In this document: positions 53,427 through 64,000 of the stretch, piece by piece
How positions within the stretch are numbered: the stretch's first letter is position 1
How the letters are laid out: every line of letters starts with the position of its first letter
NCBI RefSeq assembly: GCF_001194135.2
Contig: NC_068993.1
Coordinates: forward strand, 4,402,293-4,466,292
Direction: 5' to 3'
Length of the DNA stretch: 64,000 nt
Origin: Octopus bimaculoides
Lineage: Eukaryota
Made by a program: the position numbers and the translations under genes
Notes under the pieces: generated by a model
What the model saw: the letters and a program-made list of their open reading frames with translations, nothing else
Database searches by the model: none
What the model was told of the DNA's origin: nothing

Positions 53427-53955
53427 CAGGGTGCATCAGGTATTTAAGGACCTACCTTTTTGGGGTCATTGCTGCATATTTTGTTAACCCTGTATAACCT
53501 TTGTTTCAGAAAATAATAATAATAATAGCAGACCCTCAACTTACTCAAGAAATGAAGAGGTACGCTGTTATTGTGGTTATAAAGGCTGAACATAGCAATT
53601 TAGAAATATTTCAATTTTTAAAAGTTGACAGATCTTTCGTTTACAAAATTTGTGAAGAGCTAGGAAAGAAAGATGGGAACATATCTCCAGTATCAAAGTA
53701 TAAAAAGCATTCTAAATGCTCTGAAATCATCAGAACACTTGAATTTATCCAGCCAGTTCAACAGACCATTGATTACAATCCCAGAAAGTCCATGAGGTCA
53801 ATTGCAAAAAATCTCCATGTGTCACAAGGAACAGTCAGAAATGTTGTCCACGAAGACATGAGCTATAAGTCGTATATGATGAGTAAAGGTCAATTTGTCC
53901 GAAAAAGCAAAAGAAAATCACTGCATCAGATCTAAAAGGCTCTTAAACACAAAAG
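53427..53955 (+). mobile_element. maT/DD37D-like Tc1/mariner element, 5' TIR plus N-terminal DNA-binding region, 3'-truncated
   Basis: TA then CAGGGTGCATCAGG terminus at 53427. ORF 53501-53935 includes EMKRYAVIV..KAEHSNLEIFQFLKVDRSFVYKI and NPRKSMRSIAKNLHVSQGTVRNVVHEDMSYKSY, the paired-like and HTH motifs of maT transposases; no catalytic DDD region follows. Confidence 0.8.
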
Positions 53956-53983
53956 CATACTTACATATATAAATATATATATG

Positions 53984-54137
53984 ATGGGCTTCTTTCAGTT
54001 TTTGTCTCCCAAATCCACTCACAAGGCTTTGGTTGGCCCGGGACTATAGTAGGAGACATTTGCCCAACGTGCCATGCATTGGGACTGAACCCAGAACCAT
54101 GTGATTGAGTAGCAAGCTTCTATCACACAGCCACTCC
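53984..54137 (-). mobile_element. SINE family A
   Basis: gggcttctttcagtt..ccaaatccactcacaaggctttggttggcccggg..cacacagccactcc. Confidence 0.85.
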
Positions 54138-54139
54138 GT

Positions 54140-54455
54140 CAGTTACGACAACAAGGGGTCCAGTTGAGCTGAGCAACCAAACACACTCCATGTGGAATTA
54201 ACATGCTTGTGGCTGAGTACTCCACAGACACACATACCCATCACGTATTTCCCCAGGTTGATTCAGCATAACACAAAAATGTGACAAAGCTGGCCCCTTC
54301 TGAATTACAGGTACAACTCATTTTTGCTAGCTGAGTGAACTGAAGCAGCATGAAATAAAATATCTTTCTCCAGGACACAACATGCAGCTGGGAATTGAAC
54401 TCAAGATTGCTAAGTTTTGAACTGAATACCCTTAACCACAAAGCCACATGTCTTC
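54140..54455 (-). mobile_element. SINE family D (tRNA-like head at 54455 end)
   Basis: Reverse-complement head tggctttgtggttaagg..gagttcaattcccagc; body gctgagtactccacagacac..caggtacaactcatttt..gaactgaagcagcatgaaat. Partial homologues at 3370-3470 and 26020-26190. Confidence 0.7.
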
Positions 54456-55809
54456 ATTGTTATAAACATATATATACACATATATATACACATATATATA
54501 CACATATAAGGTAATGTAAACAGTCAGACACCAGTTTTAGCAGCTGCTGTAACAAAAATGTCAACCAATACTCTGAGTATATTTCTATAATACGTATGTT
54601 AAGTGTTATTATTGCACGTTGTGAATTATTTAAACCTCAAGTTTTATCTTCAGCCATCTTTTCAGCAACTTGTAATATGAACAATTAAAAGAAATTGTTT
54701 TGCTTTTTCTGTCAATATTTTCACACTTCTAAACAATGTGTAGTTTGAATTCAAAGCATAAAAAGATATATATATATTCTACACACACACACACACGCAC
54801 ACACACACACATACACACACACATACACATATATACGCACACATATATGTATACAAACATATATATGTGTAAGTATGTATGTATGTATGTATGTATGTAT
54901 GTATGTGTCTATATATATATATACATACACACACACTCATATATATACATACACATATATTATACACACATACATATATATACATGTATACGCATATATA
55001 TGTATATATATATATATATATATATNNNNNNNNNNNNNNNNNNNNNNNNNNNNNNNNNNNNNNNNNNNNNNNNNNNNNNNNNNNNNNNNNNNNNNNNNNN
55101 NNNNNNNNNNNNNNNNNNNNNNNNNNNNNNNNNNNNNNNNNNNNNNNNNNNNNNNNNNNNNNNNNNNNNNNNNNNNNNNNNNNNNNNNNNNNNNNNNNNN
55201 NNNNNNNNNNNNNNNNNNNNNNNNNNNNNNNNNNNNNNATATATACATATATATACATATATATATGAATGTATGTATATATATATATATGTGTATGTAT
55301 GTATCATAAGCTATTTCTTCTACTCAGACACATACTTCTAGTGATATTCTCCAATGACAGACATAAAAAAGATAAAAATTTATTTAGCATAAAAAAAAAA
55401 ATTAAATTGAGAATTAAAAAAATGCTTCTGTTATTTTTCACCAAACTAAATTAAAAACAGCAGCATAACAAAATATTGTCACTCTATAAAATATTCTATA
55501 TGGAATTTTGAAGTTTTAATTAGACTTTGTATAAAGATAATGAGAAAATTATACTTTTTTTATGCTTCATAACAAAAGCAGAATAATCCGTATTTATACA
55601 GATCTAAAACTGTATTAATTAAATATTTTTAATGTTAAATTTCTCAAATATGCATTTTTGGGAGAGTTTTTTTGTTTGTTTGTTTTTCTCCCTAATGTAT
55701 CACATTAACTCTTTTGTGACAATATTGTTGTTGAAATGTGCTGTTTTACTTTCAATTAATTTCTAACATAATGAAGTATATTGTAAAATAACTTCATCAT
55801 TATGTGACT

Positions 55810-55985
55810 GATGTAAGGTAGTGAACTAGCAGAATTGGCAAAGCAGCAGACACAATGCTTAGTGGCATTTCTTCTGGATGTTTTCATCCTGGGTTCAAAT
55901 GCTACAAAGATAATATATGAGTACCAGCCAAGTACAAGGTTCAATGCTATCGACTACCACTTCCTGCAAAATTTCAGCCCTTCTG
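55810..55985 (+). mobile_element. SINE family B
   Basis: gtgaactagcagaattggc..aatgcttagtggcattt..gggttcaaat..gagtaccagccaagtac. Confidence 0.7.
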
Positions 55986-56962
55986 CTTTTATCGCAAAGA
56001 ATTATTAAGCAGTTGTTTGAAATACAAATTAGTACGAAATTTTGATGGGATGTTTTAACATAGATCACTTTGAAACAGGAAATCTGTACTATGAAGCCAA
56101 AGACCATCTTGAACAATTTGGTTTCAGAACGGTGAAACTGTATAGCTTTCAAATATTGAAACTCTGGGTCAAACATTCATGTCTATTGTAGCAATGAATG
56201 AGTGAATATGCACATCATGGCTAGGGCTACAGGCCCCAGGCATAACAACTATTCTTTGACAGACACTGTTGTCTTGTGCTACAGTTGTACACTACTCCAA
56301 GTCCTTCCTTGTTTAGTCCTTGATGTCAGAGCTCTATCTTCATATTTGTCACTCATTTTCCATCCACCAAGGATGCAGGCACAAAGGGAGGAGGAGGAAG
56401 AGGGGAATGGGTAGGTATAAAGGGTTTTATGCACTACCTTTCTCTCCTTGACTACTTCTGATAATGCTTTAAAGAATAAAAACAGGGTTTAGTTTTCTTT
56501 GCTTCAATATGAAAAGTAAAAGAATGGATATTCCAATGGAGAGGCACCAATACTTTCAGAAGACTTTCAGAATGGAATCATATTAAATTAGCAATAATTC
56601 TGGGAATTCTGCTTCTTACCTAAAAGTCATTCAAGCAGTATCATTGTTGATACATTTGTCAATAACTTATTCATTTGCTTCATGTCTTCAAAACCCAGTA
56701 ATATAAGAAACCCCTTACAAAAAATACTGTTAAGGGCTTTTGTTATAAAGGCATCCAACTATAAGTCAATACTTTAATGCAATATTTATCTAACCCATGC
56801 TGGCATGGGAAAACAGACGTATATACAAACAAGCAAACAGATAAAGCAATGTTCCTGCAAAGGGATGTCTGAAGAATTAGGTTAATTGTATTGCAATAAG
56901 TGAATTATTGTAGTTAACAGGAATGGTTCATGGCACCTTCCAAATATATCTATTAATAGCAG

Positions 56963-57046
56963 ATAAGTATTTCAGACATAAAAATAAGTATTTCAGACAT
57001 AAAAATAAGTATTTCAGACATAAAAATAAGTATTTCAGACATAAAA
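56963..57046. repeat. 21-bp minisatellite x4 perfect copies
   Basis: (ataagtatttcagacataaaa)4. Confidence 0.95.
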
Positions 57047-57944
57047 ATAAAAATAAATAAAATAGAAACATATGTCACACTGATTAACTTACAGTGTAAA
57101 AGTATTATCCCTGTTTATTATATCTGTTATTGAAAACGTAAACAGAATTAGGAACATAACACCTAAATAGTCTTCAGTTTGATCAAGATAATGACCTCTC
57201 AGTAACGGGGAAAAAATAAAATAAAACGAAACAATGCCAAAAACATATAATTCTCTGCTGGTATAGAATGGTAACAAATGGTAACAAAATGTTGCTGTGG
57301 AGTAAGATAAACAGCATAGCAATTAACTGATATAAAGGCACCGCACTGAGAACTCAGGTGAAACAGGTGAAAAAAACAAAAATTCAAAGATGATAATGGT
57401 CTCTTTGAAATACGGTAGGTGAGATAAACAAATAACGATAGAATGGCTTTAAAATGATGTGGCATGGAATATGAAAGGTAGTGCAGTGAATGAGAAGCTT
57501 GTGTAGGGTTAGGGTGTGGGCAGATTCCTGTATTTTGGTAACAATATGGAAATATGAAAATATGTGTCAAGATAAAGAAAGCACATTTTTGTATACAGTT
57601 TTTTATTGTAGTTTGTGTTTTGGTTTTTGTAGTTGCTTTTTTGTAATTTTCAGATAAAGTTATCTATGGTTCATCTAGAACTAATCACAAGCAACGTAGT
57701 AAGGATATATTGATTTGACAAATAAGCACAAGGTTTCTTCTAGGTGTATTGAGGAGAAGCAATGAGATAGTGTGACATTTGCATATATTTTTCAAGGCTG
57801 CTATAAACAATATATATGATGTGAAATTAAATGAAAATTCGCACAAGAAAGCAACTAATAAGCTCCAATTTCCCAAAGCACCTGCTTTCCATATAAACAA
57901 AAAAACATGAGCCAAGGAAGAAGCCACTTTATAGATAGTGTGTT

Positions 57945-58285
57945 TGTGTGTACCTATGTGTGTGTGTGTGTCTACCCATGTGTGTGTGTGTGTGTATGTA
58001 CCTATGTGTGTTTGTGTGTACTTATGTCTGTGTGTGTGTGTGTACCTATGTGTGTGTGTGTACCTATGTGGGTGGGTGTACCTATGTGTATGTGTACCTG
58101 TGTGTGTGTACCTGTGTGTGTGTGTACCTATGTGTGCGTGTGTACCTATGTGTGTGTGTGTACCTGTGTGTGTGTGTACCTATGTGTGTGTGTGTACCTG
58201 TGTGTGTGTGTACCTATGTGTGTGTATGTACCTATGTGTGTGTGTGTACCTATGTGTGTGTGTGTGTGTACCTATGTGTGTGTGT

Positions 58286-58316
<31 letters not shown>

Positions 58317-58345
58317 AGAGGGTACCTATGTGTGTGTGTGTGTTT
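57945..58345. repeat. (TG)n punctuated by TACC/TACCTA, minisatellite-like
   Basis: Recurrent gtgtacct(a)tgtgtg units of variable TG length. Confidence 0.95.
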
Positions 58346-58545
58346 GTGCTTGTACCCCCACCACTGCTTGACAACCAGTGTTGGGACATTTACATCTCCA
58401 TAACTTAGCAGTTTGGCAAAAGAGATCAATAGAATGAATACCAGACTAAAAAAAAATAAGTGCTGGAGTCAATTCATTCAACTAAAAATTCTTCAAGGCA
58501 GTGCTCCAGCATGGCCACAGTCTAATAACTGAAACCAGTAAAAGA
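58345..58545 (+). mobile_element. SINE family A 3' body
   Basis: gcttgacaaccagtgttgg..cataacttagcagtttggcaaaagaga..gtgctccagcatggccacagtctaat.actgaaac, homologous to 27680-27860. Confidence 0.8.
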
Positions 58546-59004
58546 TACAAAAATTTAAAAAAACCAAATATCTTTGCAAGATGTGCGTTGAATATTGACC
58601 ATATTCTATGCCAGCAGAAGCAGAGGAAGTAACAGTTCTTACCAACATGCTTCTCAAATAGTTTTATGTCAATTGATCTCTGCAAATGCTGTCAGAAATT
58701 GTCATGAAATATTTCTATAAAATCTACAGAGTCCAAAACTGGAAGCAAATAAAAACAGTGTTATTATGACTAAAAATGTTGATTTACTCAATGAAGTGTT
58801 TAACAAAGATAAATTTATGACAGTGCACCACAAGCGTTTGGGCTGTTGCTGTGTTTTTGCAACATGGTTTCTGCAGTGGTTTTTTCGTTTTTTAATTTAT
58901 TGTTGCTGGGATTGAAGTTGCGGTTGGAGCAGGTTTACCAAATTCTGTTTCTCATGCTTATATGTACAATTTTAAAGCAACATTTATTTCTCTCTCTCTA
59001 TCTC

Positions 59005-59010
59005 TTTATC

Positions 59011-59065
<55 letters not shown>

Positions 59066-59066
59066 C

Positions 59067-59122
<56 letters not shown>
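59005..59122. repeat. (TCTA)n tetranucleotide microsatellite
   Basis: Direct reading. Confidence 0.95.
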
Positions 59123-61129
59123 CCTTATGGTTAGTTACTCTTCATAGCATAAGCCACTTAAAATCAGTCGAGAGGCATATGTAAAGAATTGGTTAAATAT
59201 TCTGGTATTATTTTTATTTCTTTGTTTAATGCTAGTGGCATTGCAGCAGGTATAAGTCTGTGGAACTGGTAAAATAACGAAGATAGAACATGAATAAATT
59301 ATACAATTCCTATTAAATGGATTCCATGTGGATGAAGACGTCAGCCACTTTCATGCTCAACCATGGATGTTTTTAAACCAACTTCTAAGTAACTTTTATT
59401 TGGCCTTTCTAAAAAAATAAAAGGGCATTTAGCATTTTTTGAGGGGAGGAGGATTGTGTTTTTGTTTTGAAAACTAATGATTCAGAATCTGAAAATTATA
59501 TTTTAATTTAAAAAATATTTTCATTTTTATTTTTTTTTAATTTACTTGTTAGAATACAACATCTCTGCAGCATCATACAGGGTAAGTCAATGTAGTGGAG
59601 CTAATTCCTATCCCAGGGAACATACACATTAAATAGAGATGGTAAAAAGTCATCAAAACAATTCTTCTTTGATTCAAGTATATTGTTGCTGTTTCTGCTG
59701 TGCGTATGTAGCTCCAAGACAATCCATCTATGACCATTCCATTTCTCATCCAACACATGCAAGCATGGATAAACAGATATATAATCATTGATGATAATAT
59801 TCACATTAATATGATATGTATATATATAAATATATATATATATATAAGAATTAAGATATAAACTCAATTTAGGCAATCATACCCATGCATTTATAAATTC
59901 AACTTAAAATGCATATACATATATCAATACATATCGACAAATATGAATATTTAATAAAATATTTATAAAATATAAATCTGCATAAAAATACATGTAAATA
60001 AAACCCATGTGGGAGACATATGGAAAGAAGTGCGAGAAAAAGAGGACTGCCGAAAATTTGTTGTACTGAAATTAAGAGTTTCAATAGAGTTCGGTGTGTA
60101 TTTATTTATATATATATATATATATCATTATCTTCATCATCATCGTCGTTTAACGTCCACTTTCCATGCTGGCATGGGTTGGATGGTTTTACTGAGGGCT
60201 GGCGATTTATACATAATATATGTAGAAGTGAATATAGAGAATGGTCAAGACATAAAGTTATTTCCTGAAAGCTATAGATTTAATCCTCATTACTAATAAG
60301 AAATTACAGAACTATCTTATAAATGTGGGGATCTATGAGGTCTTTTATAACAATTCACTTCCAGAAAATGGTTCAAGGTGGACTTGTGATATTTAACAGT
60401 ATGTGGTGGGGGTGGGGGTAGCACTTAAGACACCTCATAATAAAGTCATTCATTTCTTTATGAATAAAACATGTTTTAAAGTTTGGAAAATTCTACAGAG
60501 TTCTTCATTTTCAAACAGTGCCTTTCTTCCTTTCTTTTCTCTAATTTTTTTCTTCTTCCTTTTCCTCTTTCTTCTTCTTCTTCTTCTTCTTCTTCTTCTT
60601 CTTCTTCTTCTTCTTCTTCGTCTTCTTCTTCTTCTTCGTCTTCTTCTTCTTCTTCTTCTTCTTCCTTTGTTTTCTCTTTAGAATTCAAATTCAATTGTTG
60701 CCTCCCAGCTATTGTGCTGCTCAATTGTTTTCCGTTGCTTGAGAACAAAAATAGTGGAATTACTTCAAGAAGCTTGAAAAGACAGCCATTGAAGAATTGT
60801 ACAGTTCTTGGAATAAATACACTATGTTTGAGATAATCTATTGGAAATTCTTAAGACGCCCTTGGTGTAATCTTGCCCAGATATGGTAATTTTTAATTAG
60901 AAAGACAACATTACCTTTCTGACAATATTCATGGTTATTAGGCCTGTATTTTAAAGGCAGCTATGTCTCTGGTGACCTTTTGCTCACCATTATGTAATGC
61001 TGTCTTATTGATATTTTCACTGACCCATAAGAGTTTCGACGATCTAAATATCTCCTATATTTTTTTGATAGACTCTACTCATATTGAAATGCATCGGTTA
61101 TTGACAATGAATATTTTCACAACAGAAAC

Positions 61130-61208
61130 GATAACAACAACAAAAAACAGTAATAATGATAGTAATAACGACAATGATGATGATGATAATGATGATGATG
61201 ATGACGAT

Positions 61209-61280
<72 letters not shown>

Positions 61281-61398
61281 AAGAAGAAGAAAAATAGTAA
61301 TAATTCTAGCAGTAACAATAATAAGGATTATGATGATGACAACAATAATGATGGTGTTGGTAAAAAAAATAACAGCAACAACTGCAATGATGATGATG

Positions 61399-61465
<67 letters not shown>

Positions 61466-61610
61466 TGATAATAATAGTATCGAAACTAACAAGAAAAAAT
61501 AAAAAAAGAGGAAGATGAACAGTAGTAATACTAACTGCAGCAATCATAATGATGATGATAAAAATAATAATAGTAACAACATCAACAACAACAATAATGA
61601 TAGTAATAAA
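61130..61610. repeat. Compound (GAT)(AAT)(GAA) trinucleotide tract
   Basis: Direct reading. Confidence 0.95.
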
Positions 61611-61756
61611 AATTTCTTTATCAGGCATATAAGGCCCTTGATGGGGAGTTTTAACAAATAAAAAAAAATTAATTTGATTAAATTTAAAATTTTATCAACT
61701 GTAAATTGTTTTTTCAAACTGTCAATTTCTCAATGCTAAGTGTGATCTACAGAAGA

Positions 61757-61805
<49 letters not shown>

Positions 61806-61819
61806 TTAATAATAATAAT

Positions 61820-62100
61820 CAGAAACATCAAGATAAGATCCCAGGAGAACCATGTGTCAGAGAAATCCAAAAGATTGTACTGACAAGTACTGCCCACATC
61901 CTTAGAAAAACCCTATCCATTTAAATGGCTGTGTTGTATTACATGAAGATATTTCGTTACTTTCCCTCCCCAAGATTTCAGTCATACTGTAACATCTCTT
62001 ATTCTTTAATGATTCATTACAGTTGTTTCTGTACCATTTCTATCTGCAATGCCAGTTTATGAAAAAAATTGATGTGAAAATTTATGTACTTGTTATGGGG
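61820..62100 (+). mobile_element. R4/Dong-like (RLE) non-LTR retrotransposon 3' end embedded in (TAA)n
   Basis: QKHQDKIPGEPCVREIQKIVLTSTAHILRKTLSI* (stop 61922-61924), then a putative 3' UTR; long (AAT)n tracts on both sides. Confidence 0.75.
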
Positions 62101-62103
62101 ATA

Positions 62104-62160
<57 letters not shown>

Positions 62161-62435
62161 GAACACACCTCTCCGTGGCATGTGCTAATCATTGCAACAA
62201 CAGGTATGTGTTAGTCGTTACAAATACTGTGATGTAGAAAGTCGAGGGTTAAGAGTCCGCAAAGTCGGTTATAGATAGTCATGTCATTACTTGTCTCAGT
62301 GACTATACTGAAGTAGACGTTATAACAGTCTGACAATAATGTTTGCAGTTTTAGACATTATTAGAATAACACTTCATCAGACTTGCATCAAAGGTACAAC
62401 TTTACATTGCGCCATTCATATATATATAAAGGACA

Positions 62436-62590
62436 GGTTTCTTTCAGTCTCTGTCTACCAAATCTATTCACAAGGTTTTGGTTGGCCCAAGGCTATAGTA
62501 GAAGACACCTACCCAAGGTGCCACGTAGTGGGACTGAACTGAAAAACATGTGGTCAGGAGGCAAACTTTTTACCACACAGCCATGGCTGT
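62436..62590 (-). mobile_element. SINE family A
   Basis: tttctttcagtctctgtctaccaaatctattcacaagg..gtgggactgaac..accacacagccatg. Confidence 0.85.
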
Positions 62591-62609
62591 GCCTAATTCA
62601 CTATTTTCA

Positions 62610-62885
62610 AAGGTAATTGAAACAAAGATAGTGCATTTCAATAGAAATTTAGTCACAGAGGTTTAATATTGCATAACTCTATCAGTTTCTGTATTGTAAC
62701 TCACCAGTGACAGCCATTGGTTCAATGATACAAACGTCTTGTTTTCAAATGATGCAAATTAAAAATATTTCCACAAAATTTTTTATCATTTTCCAGTTAT
62801 TTTACCAAATTTCTCATTATTTTCAAAATTAACGGAGACAAAGATAACATATTTTGATAGAAATTTGGTTACAAAAGACTTAATA
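62610..62885. mobile_element. TTAA-ended MITE family fragments (two tandem partial ends)
   Basis: Two diverged direct copies of ttttcaaa(a)tt(aa)..gaaacaaag..tttcaa.agaaatt.ggt.aca; the same motif occurs at 9955-10020. Confidence 0.45.
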
Positions 62886-63254
62886 GAAAACTCTTGAGGG
62901 ACCATTTTTGAGAATTATTGAATCCATTCGTAGAAATACCACAGTGACATAGTTCTGTTGCAATATTTTACTGAAACCATTCAGGGTATCTCAGCTCCTC
63001 TTATATTATTGCCAGATCACAGAAAATAATCACTGAATGTTGGTGTTATTTCGGCACATCAGAAAGTGATGTGGATATGGTTAACATAATAACAATGACA
63101 ACTTAATTGTTGTTTCATGTTCAAACCTGCATCATAGCAATGAGAAGGAAACGGCATCTAAGGATGCACATGGCTAATTTCTACTGACAATAGGGAAAGA
63201 AAGATTATAAGTACTATGGTGGCTAAATAATGGTTCACATGCACATGCACCATA

Positions 63255-63362
<108 letters not shown>

Positions 63363-63534
63363 CATACATACACATATTATGCTTATGCACATACACATAC
63401 ATATGTATGTATAACATGTGTATGTATGTGTAAATTATATATATATATATATGTATGTATTCTGGTTCATACATAAGTGAGCAACTTCACATAGTAAAGC
63501 AACTGACAGGGGGGGGGGGAATACCCCCCCTAGC

Positions 63535-63700
63535 ATGGATAATAGAATGAAGACAATTTAACCCCAAGGGTTGGATTAGAGGTTAGGTAAATTATTCTGG
63601 TGAAGTTACTGAAACACAACAAGGCACCTGAAGAAGGCCAGCCAGAGAGTCTAATGTCCAAAAGGTTGTAACTATGGTAACAAAACAAGCAGACATTAAG
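63535..63700 (+). mobile_element. Decayed Penelope-like element 3' end (GIY-YIG C-terminus plus hammerhead scar)
   Basis: With one frameshift it reads W-I-N-R-M-K-T-I-*-P-Q-G-L-D-*, similar to the PLE terminal W...L.T..P.GLN motif. It is followed about 50 nt later by ggcac-CTGAAGA-aggc...gtccaaaaggttgt. Confidence 0.4.
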
Positions 63701-64000
63701 CTAAATTCATCGGTGTAACAACAACTAGCCACTGTTTTGAATTACTTTAGCAAATTCACTCTTACAGAACATGTAATTAGTTGAGGTTGGGCATTAATAT
63801 ACTTCATGTGATTGATTGAAATCACATTCATAATTAAAGCAAAAATAATTGGCATTCATGATAATTCTTGTCTGTGAAAGCAAGTGTTTGCTTTTATTCA
63901 GTTTTTAATCAATTTGGCTTTCAAAGTTGTTCCCCTTGAAATACTTGGTAAGCATTATCATCAACACTGATTATTTTTTTTCTTTTCATTATGTGTACAA

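Larger units (their letters stand above)
3793..55238. other. Assembly N-gaps (multiple), nearly all bordered by (TA)n or other simple repeats
   Basis: Gaps start near 3793, 10407, 12271, 18073, 21657, 28847, 35803, 37511, 41494, 42807, 45887, 49984, 51159 and 55026; their content is unknown. Confidence 0.95.

Noticed and set aside
57945-58345. CRISPR-like repeat-spacer pattern
   Set aside because: The spacers are only variable-length TG runs; this is a eukaryotic minisatellite.
63509-63530. G11-aata-C7 hairpin (terminator-like)
   Set aside because: Homopolymer pairing in a eukaryotic genome; no functional evidence.

Overview
AT-rich, repeat-saturated eukaryotic DNA with N-gaps that mostly sit inside (TA)n tracts. 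The SINE and MITE families resemble, from memory and not from a database search, those of Octopus/coleoid cephalopods. No protein-coding gene can be confidently called: almost every ORF in the track is a microsatellite or N-gap artefact. The supportable content is transposon-derived: two RTE-clade LINE fragments, two R4/Dong-like LINE 3' ends inside (TAA)n, a decayed CR1/L2-like fragment, Penelope-like remnants with hammerhead-ribozyme scars, several Tc1/mariner fragments (including an inverted 3'-3' composite and a maT/DD37D-like 5' half), a hAT-type MITE with an intact 8-bp TSD, TTAA-ended MITE pieces, and many SINE copies from about four families. The best non-TE signal is a pre-miRNA-like hairpin at 25917-25978. 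A few small splice-site-bounded candidate exons hint at a long-intron host gene but are low confidence.
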